A DNA stretch of 64,000 bases, taken from Anaerolineae bacterium (GTDB lineage: Bacteria > Chloroflexota > Anaerolineae > B4-G1 > DUEL01). The stretch lies in NCBI GenBank assembly GCA_050049355.1, contig JASFWK010000002.1, positions 3,412 through 67,411 of the forward strand, read 5' to 3'. The position numbers were made by a program, and so were the translations under genes. The notes beneath the pieces are model-generated. The model was not told the origin of the DNA, did not search any database, and saw only the letters and a list, made by a program, of their open reading frames with translations. Of the stretch, positions 53,678-62,762 are shown piece after piece (positions within the stretch are counted from its first letter, which is position 1; each line of letters opens with the position of its first letter).

Positions 53678-54688
53678 ATGCGTGCTGTCAAGATCCTGGA
53701 ACGCACCTTAGCAGCGATCCCAATCATGTTCGCCGTGGCAATCGTGGTGTTCTTATTCATGCGCTTGATGCCCGGCGACCCCGTAGATATCATGATGGGA
53801 CAGGACGGGGCTGTGTCCGCTGGTGAGATGGAGCAGCTGCGTCATGAGTTTCATCTGGATGAGCCCCTATCCAAGCAACTATGGTTGTTCTTGAAAGGCG
53901 CCGTTCGTGGGGATCTGGGCTACTCATACGTCCAGAAACGACCGGTTACCGAACTCATCATGGAGCGTCTACCGGCGACCATGGAGCTTGCCGGGGGAGC
54001 TCTCCTCTTCGGCCTCACAGTTGCTGTGCCCATCGGCATCTTTTCCGCCGTACGACAGAACTCCTTGCTGGATCGCCTCAGTATGGCAGGAGCCTTCTTG
54101 GGCATCTCCATGCCCGCGTTCTGGTTGGGAGTCATGTTGATGTTGCTGTTCTCCGTACGCCTTGGCTGGCTCCCCGTCCGCGGCCGCCTGCCATACGGTC
54201 TGGGTCTGGAAAGGATTACCGGTCTATATGTGATTGACAGCCTACTGACGAGAAACTGGGCAGCGCTGAGAGCCAGCTTGAAACACCTGGTTCTGCCTTC
54301 GGTCAGTCTGGGAGCGTCGGTGGCAGCCATCGTGGCCCGAGTGCTTCGCTCCAGCATGGTGGAAGCCCTCCGGCAAGACTACGTCACGCTGGCGCGGGCC
54401 AAAGGACAGATAGAGTTCACGGTTGTGGTAAAACATGCCCTGCGCAACGCTCTGATCCCCACAGTGACGGTCGTAGGCCTCCAGGTCGGATCACTCCTGG
54501 GCGGCAACATGATCGTGGAAACCGTCTTCGGCTGGCCGGGGTTGGGCCGTCTGGTGGTCGCTGCGATCTTCCAGCGCGACTTCCCACTGGTGCAGGGCGC
54601 CGTGATGATCTATGCTCTTACCTACGTCACAGCCAACCTCATCGTGGATGTTCTGTATACCTACTTGAATCCAAAGATAGCACTTTAG
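53678..54688 (+). CDS. ABC transporter permease (DppB/OppB type)
   Basis: 336 aa with the N-terminal RTLAAIPIMFAVAIVVF anchor and a binding-protein-dependent transport signature region (YVTLARAKG). Confidence 0.9.
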   Translation: MRAVKILERTLAAIPIMFAVAIVVFLFMRLMPGDPVDIMMGQDGAVSAGEMEQLRHEFHLDEPLSKQLWLFLKGAVRGDLGYSYVQKRPVTELIMERLPATMELAGGALLFGLTVAVPIGIFSAVRQNSLLDRLSMAGAFLGISMPAFWLGVMLMLLFSVRLGWLPVRGRLPYGLGLERITGLYVIDSLLTRNWAALRASLKHLVLPSVSLGASVAAIVARVLRSSMVEALRQDYVTLARAKGQIEFTVVVKHALRNALIPTVTVVGLQVGSLLGGNMIVETVFGWPGLGRLVVAAIFQRDFPLVQGAVMIYALTYVTANLIVDVLYTYLNPKIAL

Positions 54689-54717
54689 GGCAGACCTGAT
54701 AGCTCTCGAGGATTGCG

Positions 54718-55653
54718 ATGAAGACATCTATCCGTGCGGAAACTCCTTGGGCGCGCTTGACTTATGCGTGGGGCATCCGTTTCCGCGTCCTGCGCCAGAA
54801 CCTCGTAGATCTCTTGCGGGAGTTATGGCTGCGCCCTCTTGTCCTGCTGGCCGGCATCATCGTCCTGGCCTACCTTCTGGCAGCCATTCTCGCTCCCCAA
54901 CTCACATCCCACGATCCCTTCCTGGGCAACCTGCGGGAACGTCTCCGCCCCCCGTCATGGGAAGAGGGTGGGACCGCGACCTATCCGCTGGGGACAGATG
55001 ACCAGGGGCGCGATCTCCTCACTCGCATCATCTTTGGTTCTCGCATCTCCCTGGGGGTGGGAGTTCTCTCGGTAGCAATCTCGGTCTTGGTGGGGACTAC
55101 TCTGGGCGCTCTGTCCGGCTACTATCGCGGCATCTTGGACCAGATCCTCTCCCGCTTCGCCGATCTGCTGCTCTCCTTCCCATTCCTCATCTTCGCCATC
55201 GGAGTTATGGCTGTCCTGGGACCTGGGTTCACGAACCTGATCATGGCACTCACCTTCAAGGGCTGGGTCGAGTTCTTCCGGCTCGTACGGGGAGAGATGA
55301 TGTCGGAGAAGACCAAGGAATACGTCGAGGCGGCCAGGATGGCGGGCCAATCTCACCCAGCCATAATCGCCAGTGAGATCTTGCCCAACATCATCCAATC
55401 TGTCTTCGTTCTGGGTACCCTCCGCATGGGCTACATGATCATCATGGAGGCCAGCTTGAGCTTCCTGGGTCTAGGAATCCAGCCCCCAGAGCCAGCATGG
55501 GGCTCCATGGTGGCCGCGGGCCGCGACTACCTGCTTGCAGCCTGGTGGGCCTCCACTCTGCCGGGGATTGCCATCTTGATCCTCGTCCTATCCATCAACA
55601 CCTTCGGCGAGGGGATTCGGGACATCCTGGACCCCCGGCTGAGGATCGAGTAG
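54718..55653 (+). CDS. ABC transporter permease (DppC/OppC type)
   Basis: 311 aa with YPLGTDDQGRDLL and YVEAARMAG motifs typical of DppC/OppC. Confidence 0.9.
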   Translation: MKTSIRAETPWARLTYAWGIRFRVLRQNLVDLLRELWLRPLVLLAGIIVLAYLLAAILAPQLTSHDPFLGNLRERLRPPSWEEGGTATYPLGTDDQGRDLLTRIIFGSRISLGVGVLSVAISVLVGTTLGALSGYYRGILDQILSRFADLLLSFPFLIFAIGVMAVLGPGFTNLIMALTFKGWVEFFRLVRGEMMSEKTKEYVEAARMAGQSHPAIIASEILPNIIQSVFVLGTLRMGYMIIMEASLSFLGLGIQPPEPAWGSMVAAGRDYLLAAWWASTLPGIAILILVLSINTFGEGIRDILDPRLRIE

Positions 55654-55661
55654 GGGGCTAA

Positions 55662-57113
55662 ATGCCAGGGTTCGATCGAAAAGGCTCTGACGGTGCGTAT
55701 CTGCGCACTCTTACCGAGGGCGAGGTGGAGCACATCCACGAAAGTGCCCTCAAGGTCCTGAGCGAGACCGGTATCGTCGTCTGGGATGATGAGGTGTTGA
55801 CCCTGTTGGCTGATGCGGGATGCCGCGTGGAACGCGAGCAGCGCCACGTCCGCCTACCGGCAGCGGTGGTAGGAGACGCGGCGGCTGAAGTCCCGCCCAC
55901 GGTCACCCTCTACAACCGTCTGGGGGAAGAGGCGATGGCGGTGGGAGCGGGGCCGCTCTACACACGCACATCGAGCGGAGCCACCGGCATTCTTGACCTG
56001 GATACCGGCCAGCGACGGGAGGCCACCTCACAGGATGCGGCCGACGCTGCACGGCTGGCCGACGCCCTGCCTCGAATTCATGGTGTGAGCACAATGGCGG
56101 TGCAGCCGGCCGATGTGCCCGTCGCCACTGTAGACTTACACACGGTGAGGCTTGCTCTGGCAAACACGATCAAGCCACTTGGATATGTCTGCCTGAATGA
56201 GGAACTCGTTGAGCCAGTTCTATCCATGTTCGCTGCGGTGGTAGGAGGAGAAGACGCCCTGCAAGAGCGTCCCATCCTCACCGCTCTGGCCGAGTCGACT
56301 TCCCCCCTGAGGTTCGTGCCCAGCCAATTGGCCGTGGTCCGCGCTTTCGCCACGAGGGGCCTGCCACTCACACTCCACGCGCATCCCATGGCAGGCCTGA
56401 CCTCACCGGTGACTTTGGCCGGGGAGCTGGTAATCACCCACGCCGAAGTCCTGGCCCTGACGACGATCGCCCAGTTGGAGCGGTCGGGCACACCGGTGAT
56501 CTATGGCATGTCGTCGTCGGTGCCGGACATGCGGAACGGTGCCAATCTATCCGGCGCCCCGGAGATCGCGTTGCTAGGGGCAGCGGTGGCCCAGCTGGCC
56601 AGGCGGGTTGGACTTCCCTCCATCATGAGCACTGGCACCGACGCCCACCGGCCAGGCCCCCAGGCCGCACTGGAGCGATTGATCACCCTCATGCTCCCGG
56701 CGCTGGCCGGCATCGATCTGGTCAACCTATCCACTCTGGAGACCAAGACGACGTTCAGCCCAGAGCAATTGGTGATCGACGATACCATCCTGAGCATTGT
56801 GGAACGATCGTTGCGAGGGATCACTGTAGATGAGGAGACTATGGCCCTCGAACTGATCCACAAGATCGGACCCGGCGGCGCTTTTGTTGCCGCGCAACAC
56901 ACGCTCCGGCACTTTCGGGACGAGCTGCTGATCCCGGAGCTGATCAGCCGTGAGCCACGGAGGTCTTGGCAGGCGTCCGGCAAGCCGGACATGCGAGCAC
57001 GAGCTCGGAAGAAGGCTCGGCGCATCCTCGCAGAGCATCATCCGCCGAGACTGACAGATGACGTTGTCAGTCAGCTCGACGAAATCGTGAGAGAGACCAA
57101 GAAACAGACGTGA
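55662..57113 (+). CDS. MttB-superfamily (trimethylamine-methyltransferase-like) protein, non-pyrrolysine type
   Basis: 483 aa. N-terminal L..GEVEHIHESALKVLSETGI, central AGLTSPVTLAG, and the C-terminal FSPEQLVIDDTIL...GPGG.F....HT region match the MttB family. There is no in-frame TAG. Confidence 0.8.
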   Translation: MPGFDRKGSDGAYLRTLTEGEVEHIHESALKVLSETGIVVWDDEVLTLLADAGCRVEREQRHVRLPAAVVGDAAAEVPPTVTLYNRLGEEAMAVGAGPLYTRTSSGATGILDLDTGQRREATSQDAADAARLADALPRIHGVSTMAVQPADVPVATVDLHTVRLALANTIKPLGYVCLNEELVEPVLSMFAAVVGGEDALQERPILTALAESTSPLRFVPSQLAVVRAFATRGLPLTLHAHPMAGLTSPVTLAGELVITHAEVLALTTIAQLERSGTPVIYGMSSSVPDMRNGANLSGAPEIALLGAAVAQLARRVGLPSIMSTGTDAHRPGPQAALERLITLMLPALAGIDLVNLSTLETKTTFSPEQLVIDDTILSIVERSLRGITVDEETMALELIHKIGPGGAFVAAQHTLRHFRDELLIPELISREPRRSWQASGKPDMRARARKKARRILAEHHPPRLTDDVVSQLDEIVRETKKQT

Positions 57114-57240
57114 GGAGAGACTCTGTCGAACAGCAGTCACTGGTGCCAGCTGACCATTCCTGAGAGAGGTCACCCGAAGTGATTTCGGTTGACCAAGGAA
57201 CTGGCGGTTGACTCGCTTGGTGCTAAGGAGGTCCTTTCTA

Positions 57241-58275
57241 GTGAAGAGACAACCCGCAGATACCACATCTCCTCCTCTGCTGGAGCTGAACGAACTGACC
57301 ACGATCTTCCCCACCCAGCGGGGCGTGGTGCGAGCAGTCGACGGCATGGACTTCACACTTCGGGAAGGCGAGAAACTGGGCATCGTGGGTGAATCTGGAT
57401 CGGGCAAGAGCGTCACTCTGCTCTCCCTCCTGCGACTGGTGCCCTACCCTGGGGAGATCGTTGGCGGCGAGGTGATCTTTCAGGGCAAGGATCTCCTGCA
57501 GCAGCCCCGCCGCGAAGTGCGCAAGATCCGAGGAAGAGAGATCGCCATGATCTTTCAGGATCCCCTGACCACGCTGAACCCGGTCTTTCGCGTCGGCGAC
57601 CAGATTCGCGAATCGCTGTGCATTCACAACATCGTCTCTCCATCGAGCGGTCGCCTTGGCCAACTCCTCCACAGAGAGAGAAGAAGCCTCGAATACGAGC
57701 GAGTTATCGAGACTATGTCCGATGTCGGCATTCCCTCAGCAGAGACACGGATCAAGAGCTATCCCCATCAGTTCTCTGGGGGAATGCAGCAGCGAGTCAT
57801 TATCGCCATTGCCTTGTCCTGCGAACCACGTCTCCTCCTGGCCGATGAGCCGACGACCGCCTTGGATGTGACGATTCAGGCCCAGATCATTGACTTGCTG
57901 AACAAGATCAACCGGGAACACGGCACCAGCATCATCCTGGTCGCGCACAACATTGGGCTGGTAGCTGAATTCTGTGAGTCCGTCGTCGTGATGTACGCCG
58001 GCTGGATGATGGAGAAGGGCAGCGTGGACCAGGTGATCGATGACCCTAGACATCCCTACACCCAAGGACTGCTCCGCTGTCTGCCCCGTATCACGGGGGA
58101 GCGCAAGAAGATCTATCCCATCCCGGGCGTCGTTCCGGACTTGGCCAAACTGCCACCTGGGTGCCCCTTCTCCCCGCGCTGCGATCAAGAGATGCCCGAA
58201 TGTCGTTCGAATAGATCCTTCCCTTTCGTCGAACTCGAAGAGGGACGCCAGGTGCGTTGTCTTCTGTACGAGTAG
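57241..58275 (+). CDS. oligopeptide/dipeptide-type ABC transporter ATP-binding protein (DppD/OppD type)
   Basis: Walker A GESGSGKS, signature FSGGMQQR, Walker [13 protein letters not shown], and the C-terminal oligo_HPY motif (HPYTQGLL...CPFSPRC). The GTG at 57241 follows AAGGAGG. Confidence 0.9.
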   Translation: MKRQPADTTSPPLLELNELTTIFPTQRGVVRAVDGMDFTLREGEKLGIVGESGSGKSVTLLSLLRLVPYPGEIVGGEVIFQGKDLLQQPRREVRKIRGREIAMIFQDPLTTLNPVFRVGDQIRESLCIHNIVSPSSGRLGQLLHRERRSLEYERVIETMSDVGIPSAETRIKSYPHQFSGGMQQRVIIAIALSCEPRLLLADEPTTALDVTIQAQIIDLLNKINREHGTSIILVAHNIGLVAEFCESVVVMYAGWMMEKGSVDQVIDDPRHPYTQGLLRCLPRITGERKKIYPIPGVVPDLAKLPPGCPFSPRCDQEMPECRSNRSFPFVELEEGRQVRCLLYE

Positions 58276-58303
58276 GCCACCGTCCGGATGGAGAGTGTGA
58301 GAC

Positions 58304-59383
58304 ATGATTGAGGAACGCAGTGAGGCTTGCTCCTCCCTGCCACTGGTTGAGGCCAGAGGGATAAAGAAGTACTTCCCAATTCGCCGCAGCTTCTTGACGA
58401 AGCTCCTGACCCGCCAAGGGGAGCAAACGGTCAAGGCGGTTGACGGGGTGGATCTCAAGATATATTCAGGGGAGACCCTGGGACTGGTTGGAGAGTCGGG
58501 CTGCGGGAAGACCACGCTTGGGCGTGTCCTAAGTCGCCTATGCGTACCGACCGCTGGGGAAGTACTCTTTCAGGGCAAGAGCATTCACAGTAGCAACTCG
58601 GCCCAGGAGATCGCCGCCGTGATGGCAGACGCCACACCAGAGGACGAGGAGGATTGGGATCTCGTCAGATTCTATCGCTATACTCAAATGATCTTTCAGA
58701 ATCCATACTCATCGCTGAACCCTCGCAAGACAGTGCGACAGATCGTCTCAGTGCCGCTGAAGAACCGGGGAATCAGAGGGCTCCAGAACCTGGAGAGAGA
58801 GGTCGCCTACCTGCTGCAGCGAGTGGGCATCCCCGAGCGCCGCATGGATGTCTACCCCCACCAGTTCAGCGGCGGGCAGCGGCAGCGCATCGGTATTGCT
58901 CGGGCACTCGCCATGCGGCCCAAGTTCATCGTCTGTGATGAGCCGGTCTCCGCTCTCGATGTCTCCATCCAGGCTCAGGTGATCAACCTGCTGGATGAAC
59001 TGCAAGAAGAATTCAACCTGACGTATCTCTTCATTGCCCACGATCTGAGCGTGGTCCGCTACGTGAGTGACCGTGTGGCAATCATGTACCTTGGGAAGAT
59101 CGTAGAGGAAGGGCCAACCGATGAGGTATTCGCACACCCAGTCCACCCCTATACCCAGGCGCTCATGGCCGCTGTGCCGGTCGTGGATAAGGCCGCGCGT
59201 CGCAAGCGAATCATCTTAGAGGGAACCGTACCTAGCCCTATTGACCCACCCACTGGCTGTCGTTTCCACCCCCGCTGCTTTGCCACGCGCGGAGATATCT
59301 GCCAAGAACAAGAACCAACGCTCATAACCGTGAGCGAAGGCCATCAGACTGCTTGCCACCGTGTTGGTCACAGAGCGGCGTAG
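58304..59383 (+). CDS. oligopeptide/dipeptide-type ABC transporter ATP-binding protein (DppF/OppF type)
   Basis: Walker A GESGCGKT, signature FSGGQRQR, Walker [13 protein letters not shown], and C-terminal HPYTQALM...CRFHPRC. Confidence 0.9.
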   Translation: MIEERSEACSSLPLVEARGIKKYFPIRRSFLTKLLTRQGEQTVKAVDGVDLKIYSGETLGLVGESGCGKTTLGRVLSRLCVPTAGEVLFQGKSIHSSNSAQEIAAVMADATPEDEEDWDLVRFYRYTQMIFQNPYSSLNPRKTVRQIVSVPLKNRGIRGLQNLEREVAYLLQRVGIPERRMDVYPHQFSGGQRQRIGIARALAMRPKFIVCDEPVSALDVSIQAQVINLLDELQEEFNLTYLFIAHDLSVVRYVSDRVAIMYLGKIVEEGPTDEVFAHPVHPYTQALMAAVPVVDKAARRKRIILEGTVPSPIDPPTGCRFHPRCFATRGDICQEQEPTLITVSEGHQTACHRVGHRAA

Positions 59384-59448
59384 GCCAGAACATGCCGCCT
59401 CCACTGTCCTAGTGCCAGAGATAAATCAGCCTCTTGTTCCGATTGGGC

Positions 59449-59500
59449 GGAAAGAATTTCCCGAGACAGCCTTGACATTGGAAATAATTTCTGTTACAAT
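59449..59500 (+). promoter_or_regulatory. promoter P2 (TTGACA-N17-TACAAT) with two palindromic operator-like sites, upstream of the RpiR gene
   Basis: TTGACA at 59472-59477 and TACAAT at 59495-59500. The identical 14-mer GGAAATAATTTCTG (59480-59493) lies in the spacer, as in P1. The upstream palindrome GGAAAGAATTTCC is at 59449-59461. The two sites are about 31 bp apart centre to centre in both promoters. Confidence 0.7.
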
Positions 59501-59519
59501 AGCCGCGGAGGGGGAGACG

Positions 59520-60389
59520 GTGAATGACGATAAGGAAGTCTTGCTGGAGATCAAGAGACTACTGCCGATGCTGCCTGATCAAGAGCGCAAGGTAGGAGAG
59601 TACATCCTGAGGCACCCCCGCGAGACCATTGAGTATCCCATTACTACACTGGCCGAGGCGTGCGGGGCGAGCACCACAACGATATCGCGCTTCTGCCGTC
59701 GGTTGAGCGTCGGAGGGTATCGGGGCCTCAAGATCGAGCTGGCCAAGAGGCTGGGCTCACCAGAGACGCTCACGTACGTCGAGTTTCAGCCGGGCGATAC
59801 CCTGGCAAAGATGACGGAGAAGATCTTCACCCTCAACATTCAAGCCCTCCGCGACACACAGAAGACCCTTGATCTGGCCGCTCTCGAACAGGTCGTGGAA
59901 AGTATGCTGGGGGCCCAGCGCGTGGATATCTACGCCATAGGCGGTGCCGGCATTGCTGCCCGCGAACTCCATTTCAAATGCATGCAGCTGGGCATCACTG
60001 CCAATGCTTTCCTGGACTCACAGATGCAGGTCATGTCTGCCGCTGCTCTGACGCCCGATGATGTCGGAATCGGTATCTCCCACACCGGAATGCAGCAACA
60101 CGTCGCCAAGGCGCTGCAGCTGGCCAACGACGGCGGGGCCACCACCATTGCTATGACGAGCTACCCTGGCTCGGCCGTGGCCGAAGCAGCTGACATCGCC
60201 CTCTACACGGCCGCGCTGGCAATGGACACTTCCTACATATCGCCCAGCGTGCGCAACGCCCAGCTGGCTCTGGTTGATGTTATCTACGAAGCCCTGCTGA
60301 TTAAAGTGAGGGAACCAGCGTCCGAGAAGATGGCAAAGGTGGCAAAGGCCATCTCCGATCACGTGACTGGGTCGAATCCAATAGAGTAG
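59520..60389 (+). CDS. MurR/RpiR-family transcriptional regulator (HTH plus SIS domain)
   Basis: N-terminal HTH_6 region (ERKVGEYILRHP...TLAEACGASTTTISRFCRRLSVGGY) and a C-terminal SIS domain (VDIYAIGGAGIAA...IGISHTG). The GTG at 59520 follows GGAGGGGGAG. The upstream part of the track ORF overlaps the promoter. Confidence 0.85.
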   Translation: MNDDKEVLLEIKRLLPMLPDQERKVGEYILRHPRETIEYPITTLAEACGASTTTISRFCRRLSVGGYRGLKIELAKRLGSPETLTYVEFQPGDTLAKMTEKIFTLNIQALRDTQKTLDLAALEQVVESMLGAQRVDIYAIGGAGIAARELHFKCMQLGITANAFLDSQMQVMSAAALTPDDVGIGISHTGMQQHVAKALQLANDGGATTIAMTSYPGSAVAEAADIALYTAALAMDTSYISPSVRNAQLALVDVIYEALLIKVREPASEKMAKVAKAISDHVTGSNPIE

Positions 60390-60416
60390 GCCTTCAGACT
60401 GCCCAGGGGAGACATC

Positions 60417-61499
60417 ATGCGCAAGTACCTCACATTGACACTCAATGGCAATCATCATTCCGTCGGGCAGCAACACGGGTGGGCGGTCAAGAAACTGCGC
60501 CCCCTGATCGCCGAGGCCATCGAGACGCGTCTTGACGAACTCGAACAGGACGGACCCGACGCCCGCTTTGAGACGTTGGTGCGGGAAACCCGTGAAGCCA
60601 TGGAGGTTTACAGCCCCCCCACAATGGACCTGATCCGTGGGCAGGCCAAGGCATTGGAGTTCGATTTCGACATCTTGCTCCGCTACAACCTCGTGACCTT
60701 CCTCCGTGATGAGTTGGTGATCCGTAAGCATACAGGCGGGGGGTGCACGACCTGGGCCGCCACAGGGGCAGCCACTGCCAGCGGCCAACCCGTTCTGGCC
60801 AAGAACCGCGATTCCCGGCCGCAGCACATCTCCCTGCAGATCGTGGTTCGTACCAGGCCCGAGTCTGGGTATCGCCACGTCGATGTTGGCAGCGCTGGCA
60901 GCCCGGGCGTCTTCTCTGCCGGCATCAACGAGACCGGCCTGGCCGTCGCCGACACCCACGTCCACTCCACTGACCTGGGTCCCGGTCTGCCCACCTACGC
61001 ACTCATGATGCACATCCTGGAGGAGCACAGCGATGTCTCCTCAGCGATAGACTACCTCCGCTCGGTGCCCCGGCTGGGGCGAAACAACCTCATCCTGGCC
61101 GACGCTCACGGCCACGTGGCCGTCTTTGAGAGCGGCCACAGCCGCTATGGCCTCTTCGAGATCCACGATGGTACGCTGGTGAACGCGAATCATTTCGTCA
61201 GTAGCCAACTGCGAGATTGCTTCGTGGAGCTCAATCCCCCAGAAATGAAGGGCAATTCAGTTCAGCGCTACGAAAAAGCGACCCGGGAATTGGACGCCGC
61301 TCTCGGTCGAATTGACGTCCCCTTCGCCCAGAGGTTGATGGCTACCCACGATGGACCACTGCCCTCGATCTGTCGCCATCCAAAGGCGAATCGCAAGACC
61401 GCCACGATCTCTGCGAGTGTCTTTTCGCCCTCACAACGGACGATGCTATTCTGCCACGGGCTTCCGTGCCAAGGGCGCTACGACGCCTTCTCGGTGTAG
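60417..61499 (+). CDS. peptidase C45 / acyl-CoA:6-aminopenicillanic-acid acyltransferase-like Ntn hydrolase
   Basis: 360 aa with a putative self-processing nucleophile context (GGGCTTWAATG), and NRD, GINETGLAV, NNLILAD blocks typical of the family. Confidence 0.7.
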   Translation: MRKYLTLTLNGNHHSVGQQHGWAVKKLRPLIAEAIETRLDELEQDGPDARFETLVRETREAMEVYSPPTMDLIRGQAKALEFDFDILLRYNLVTFLRDELVIRKHTGGGCTTWAATGAATASGQPVLAKNRDSRPQHISLQIVVRTRPESGYRHVDVGSAGSPGVFSAGINETGLAVADTHVHSTDLGPGLPTYALMMHILEEHSDVSSAIDYLRSVPRLGRNNLILADAHGHVAVFESGHSRYGLFEIHDGTLVNANHFVSSQLRDCFVELNPPEMKGNSVQRYEKATRELDAALGRIDVPFAQRLMATHDGPLPSICRHPKANRKTATISASVFSPSQRTMLFCHGLPCQGRYDAFSV

Positions 61500-61508
61500 A
61501 ACTGCGGG

Positions 61509-62687
61509 ATGGACACCGTGAACGTGAGTAAGATTACGGTCTGTGGTGGAGGAAACGGTGCGCAGACCCTCGTACCCATCGCCTCTCACAACTTGCAGTG
61601 TCCGATAGACGTCTACACCCCCTTCGCCGACGAAGTCACGCGGCTGCGCGCCGGCGCTGCCCAGGGCGGGATTGAGACGGCCGGTGCCGTGCAGGTCAAG
61701 GCCCGGCCCCACAAGGTCAGCTCCGACCCCGCCGAGGTGATCCCTGGCTCCGAGGTGATCGTGCTCGTCGTGCCCGCCTTCGCCCACGAGAGCGTCCTGA
61801 GGCAGATTGTACCCTCTCTGGAAAGAAACGCGTGGGTGGGCGCCATGCCCGCCCGCGGCGGTTTTGACTACTGCGCAGCCCAAGTTCTGAGAGACGAAGG
61901 ACGAGAGGATGTAGGGATCTTTGGCCTGCAGACGCTGCCTTGGGCTTGCCGCATCCGCGAGTACGGGCGGGCAGTCCACGTCCTTGGCATCAAGAAGGTG
62001 GTAGATGCGGCCAGCCGACCAGCCGCAAAGGTCGCCGGCGTCAAGCTGATGCTGGAGCGCATGCTGGGGCTTCCCGTCAAAGCGGCAGCCAATCTCCTCT
62101 CTGTGACCCTCGCCAACACGGGACAACTCATTCACCCAGGCATCATGTATGGCCTCTTCGCCGAGTGGGATGGTACTCCATTCGGGGCGGATGAGGTCCC
62201 CCTCTTCTACCACGGTCTGGGTGAAGAAGGAGCCCGAGTGCTATCAGGCCTGAGCGACGAGGTTCAGGCCATCCGCGTGCGTCTTGAATCCAAGCTGGAC
62301 CTTTCGGCGGTGCGCCCGTTGAAGGAATGGCTGTTGCGATCATACGGTGAGGCGATCGGCGATCCGTCCAGCCTGCTGAGTGCATTTGTCACCAATCGGG
62401 CCTATACCGGGCTGAAGGCCCCTGTACGCGAGGTCTTGCCGAGCCAATTCATCCCTGATTTCCAGGCCCGGTATCTGACCGAGGATGTACCCTTTGGTCT
62501 TGCCGTCAGTCGCGCCATCGCCAGCATGGCCGACGTGGAGACGCCGGTGATGGACCAGGTAATCGGCTGGGCAAGTCACCGATTGGGCAAGCGCTACCTT
62601 GGGCAGAACTCCGATGAGGCCCGTATCCCGCAGAGGTATGGCCTGCGGAGCTTGGAGCAATTGGTCGCCTTTGCTGTCGAGGATTGA
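61509..62687 (+). CDS. NAD(P)-dependent octopine/nopaline (opine) dehydrogenase-family protein
   Basis: 392 aa with an N-terminal Rossmann fold (ITVCGGGNGAQTL), a mid-region LQTLPWACR.. and C-terminal RYLTEDVPFGL blocks characteristic of the opine dehydrogenase family. Confidence 0.75.
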   Translation: MDTVNVSKITVCGGGNGAQTLVPIASHNLQCPIDVYTPFADEVTRLRAGAAQGGIETAGAVQVKARPHKVSSDPAEVIPGSEVIVLVVPAFAHESVLRQIVPSLERNAWVGAMPARGGFDYCAAQVLRDEGREDVGIFGLQTLPWACRIREYGRAVHVLGIKKVVDAASRPAAKVAGVKLMLERMLGLPVKAAANLLSVTLANTGQLIHPGIMYGLFAEWDGTPFGADEVPLFYHGLGEEGARVLSGLSDEVQAIRVRLESKLDLSAVRPLKEWLLRSYGEAIGDPSSLLSAFVTNRAYTGLKAPVREVLPSQFIPDFQARYLTEDVPFGLAVSRAIASMADVETPVMDQVIGWASHRLGKRYLGQNSDEARIPQRYGLRSLEQLVAFAVED

Positions 62688-62762
62688 GCTGTCATACTGC
62701 ATTTGTGTCCCACCACTACCGTCGAACGTAACCACCAGAACCCTTTCGAAGGAGAGAATGTC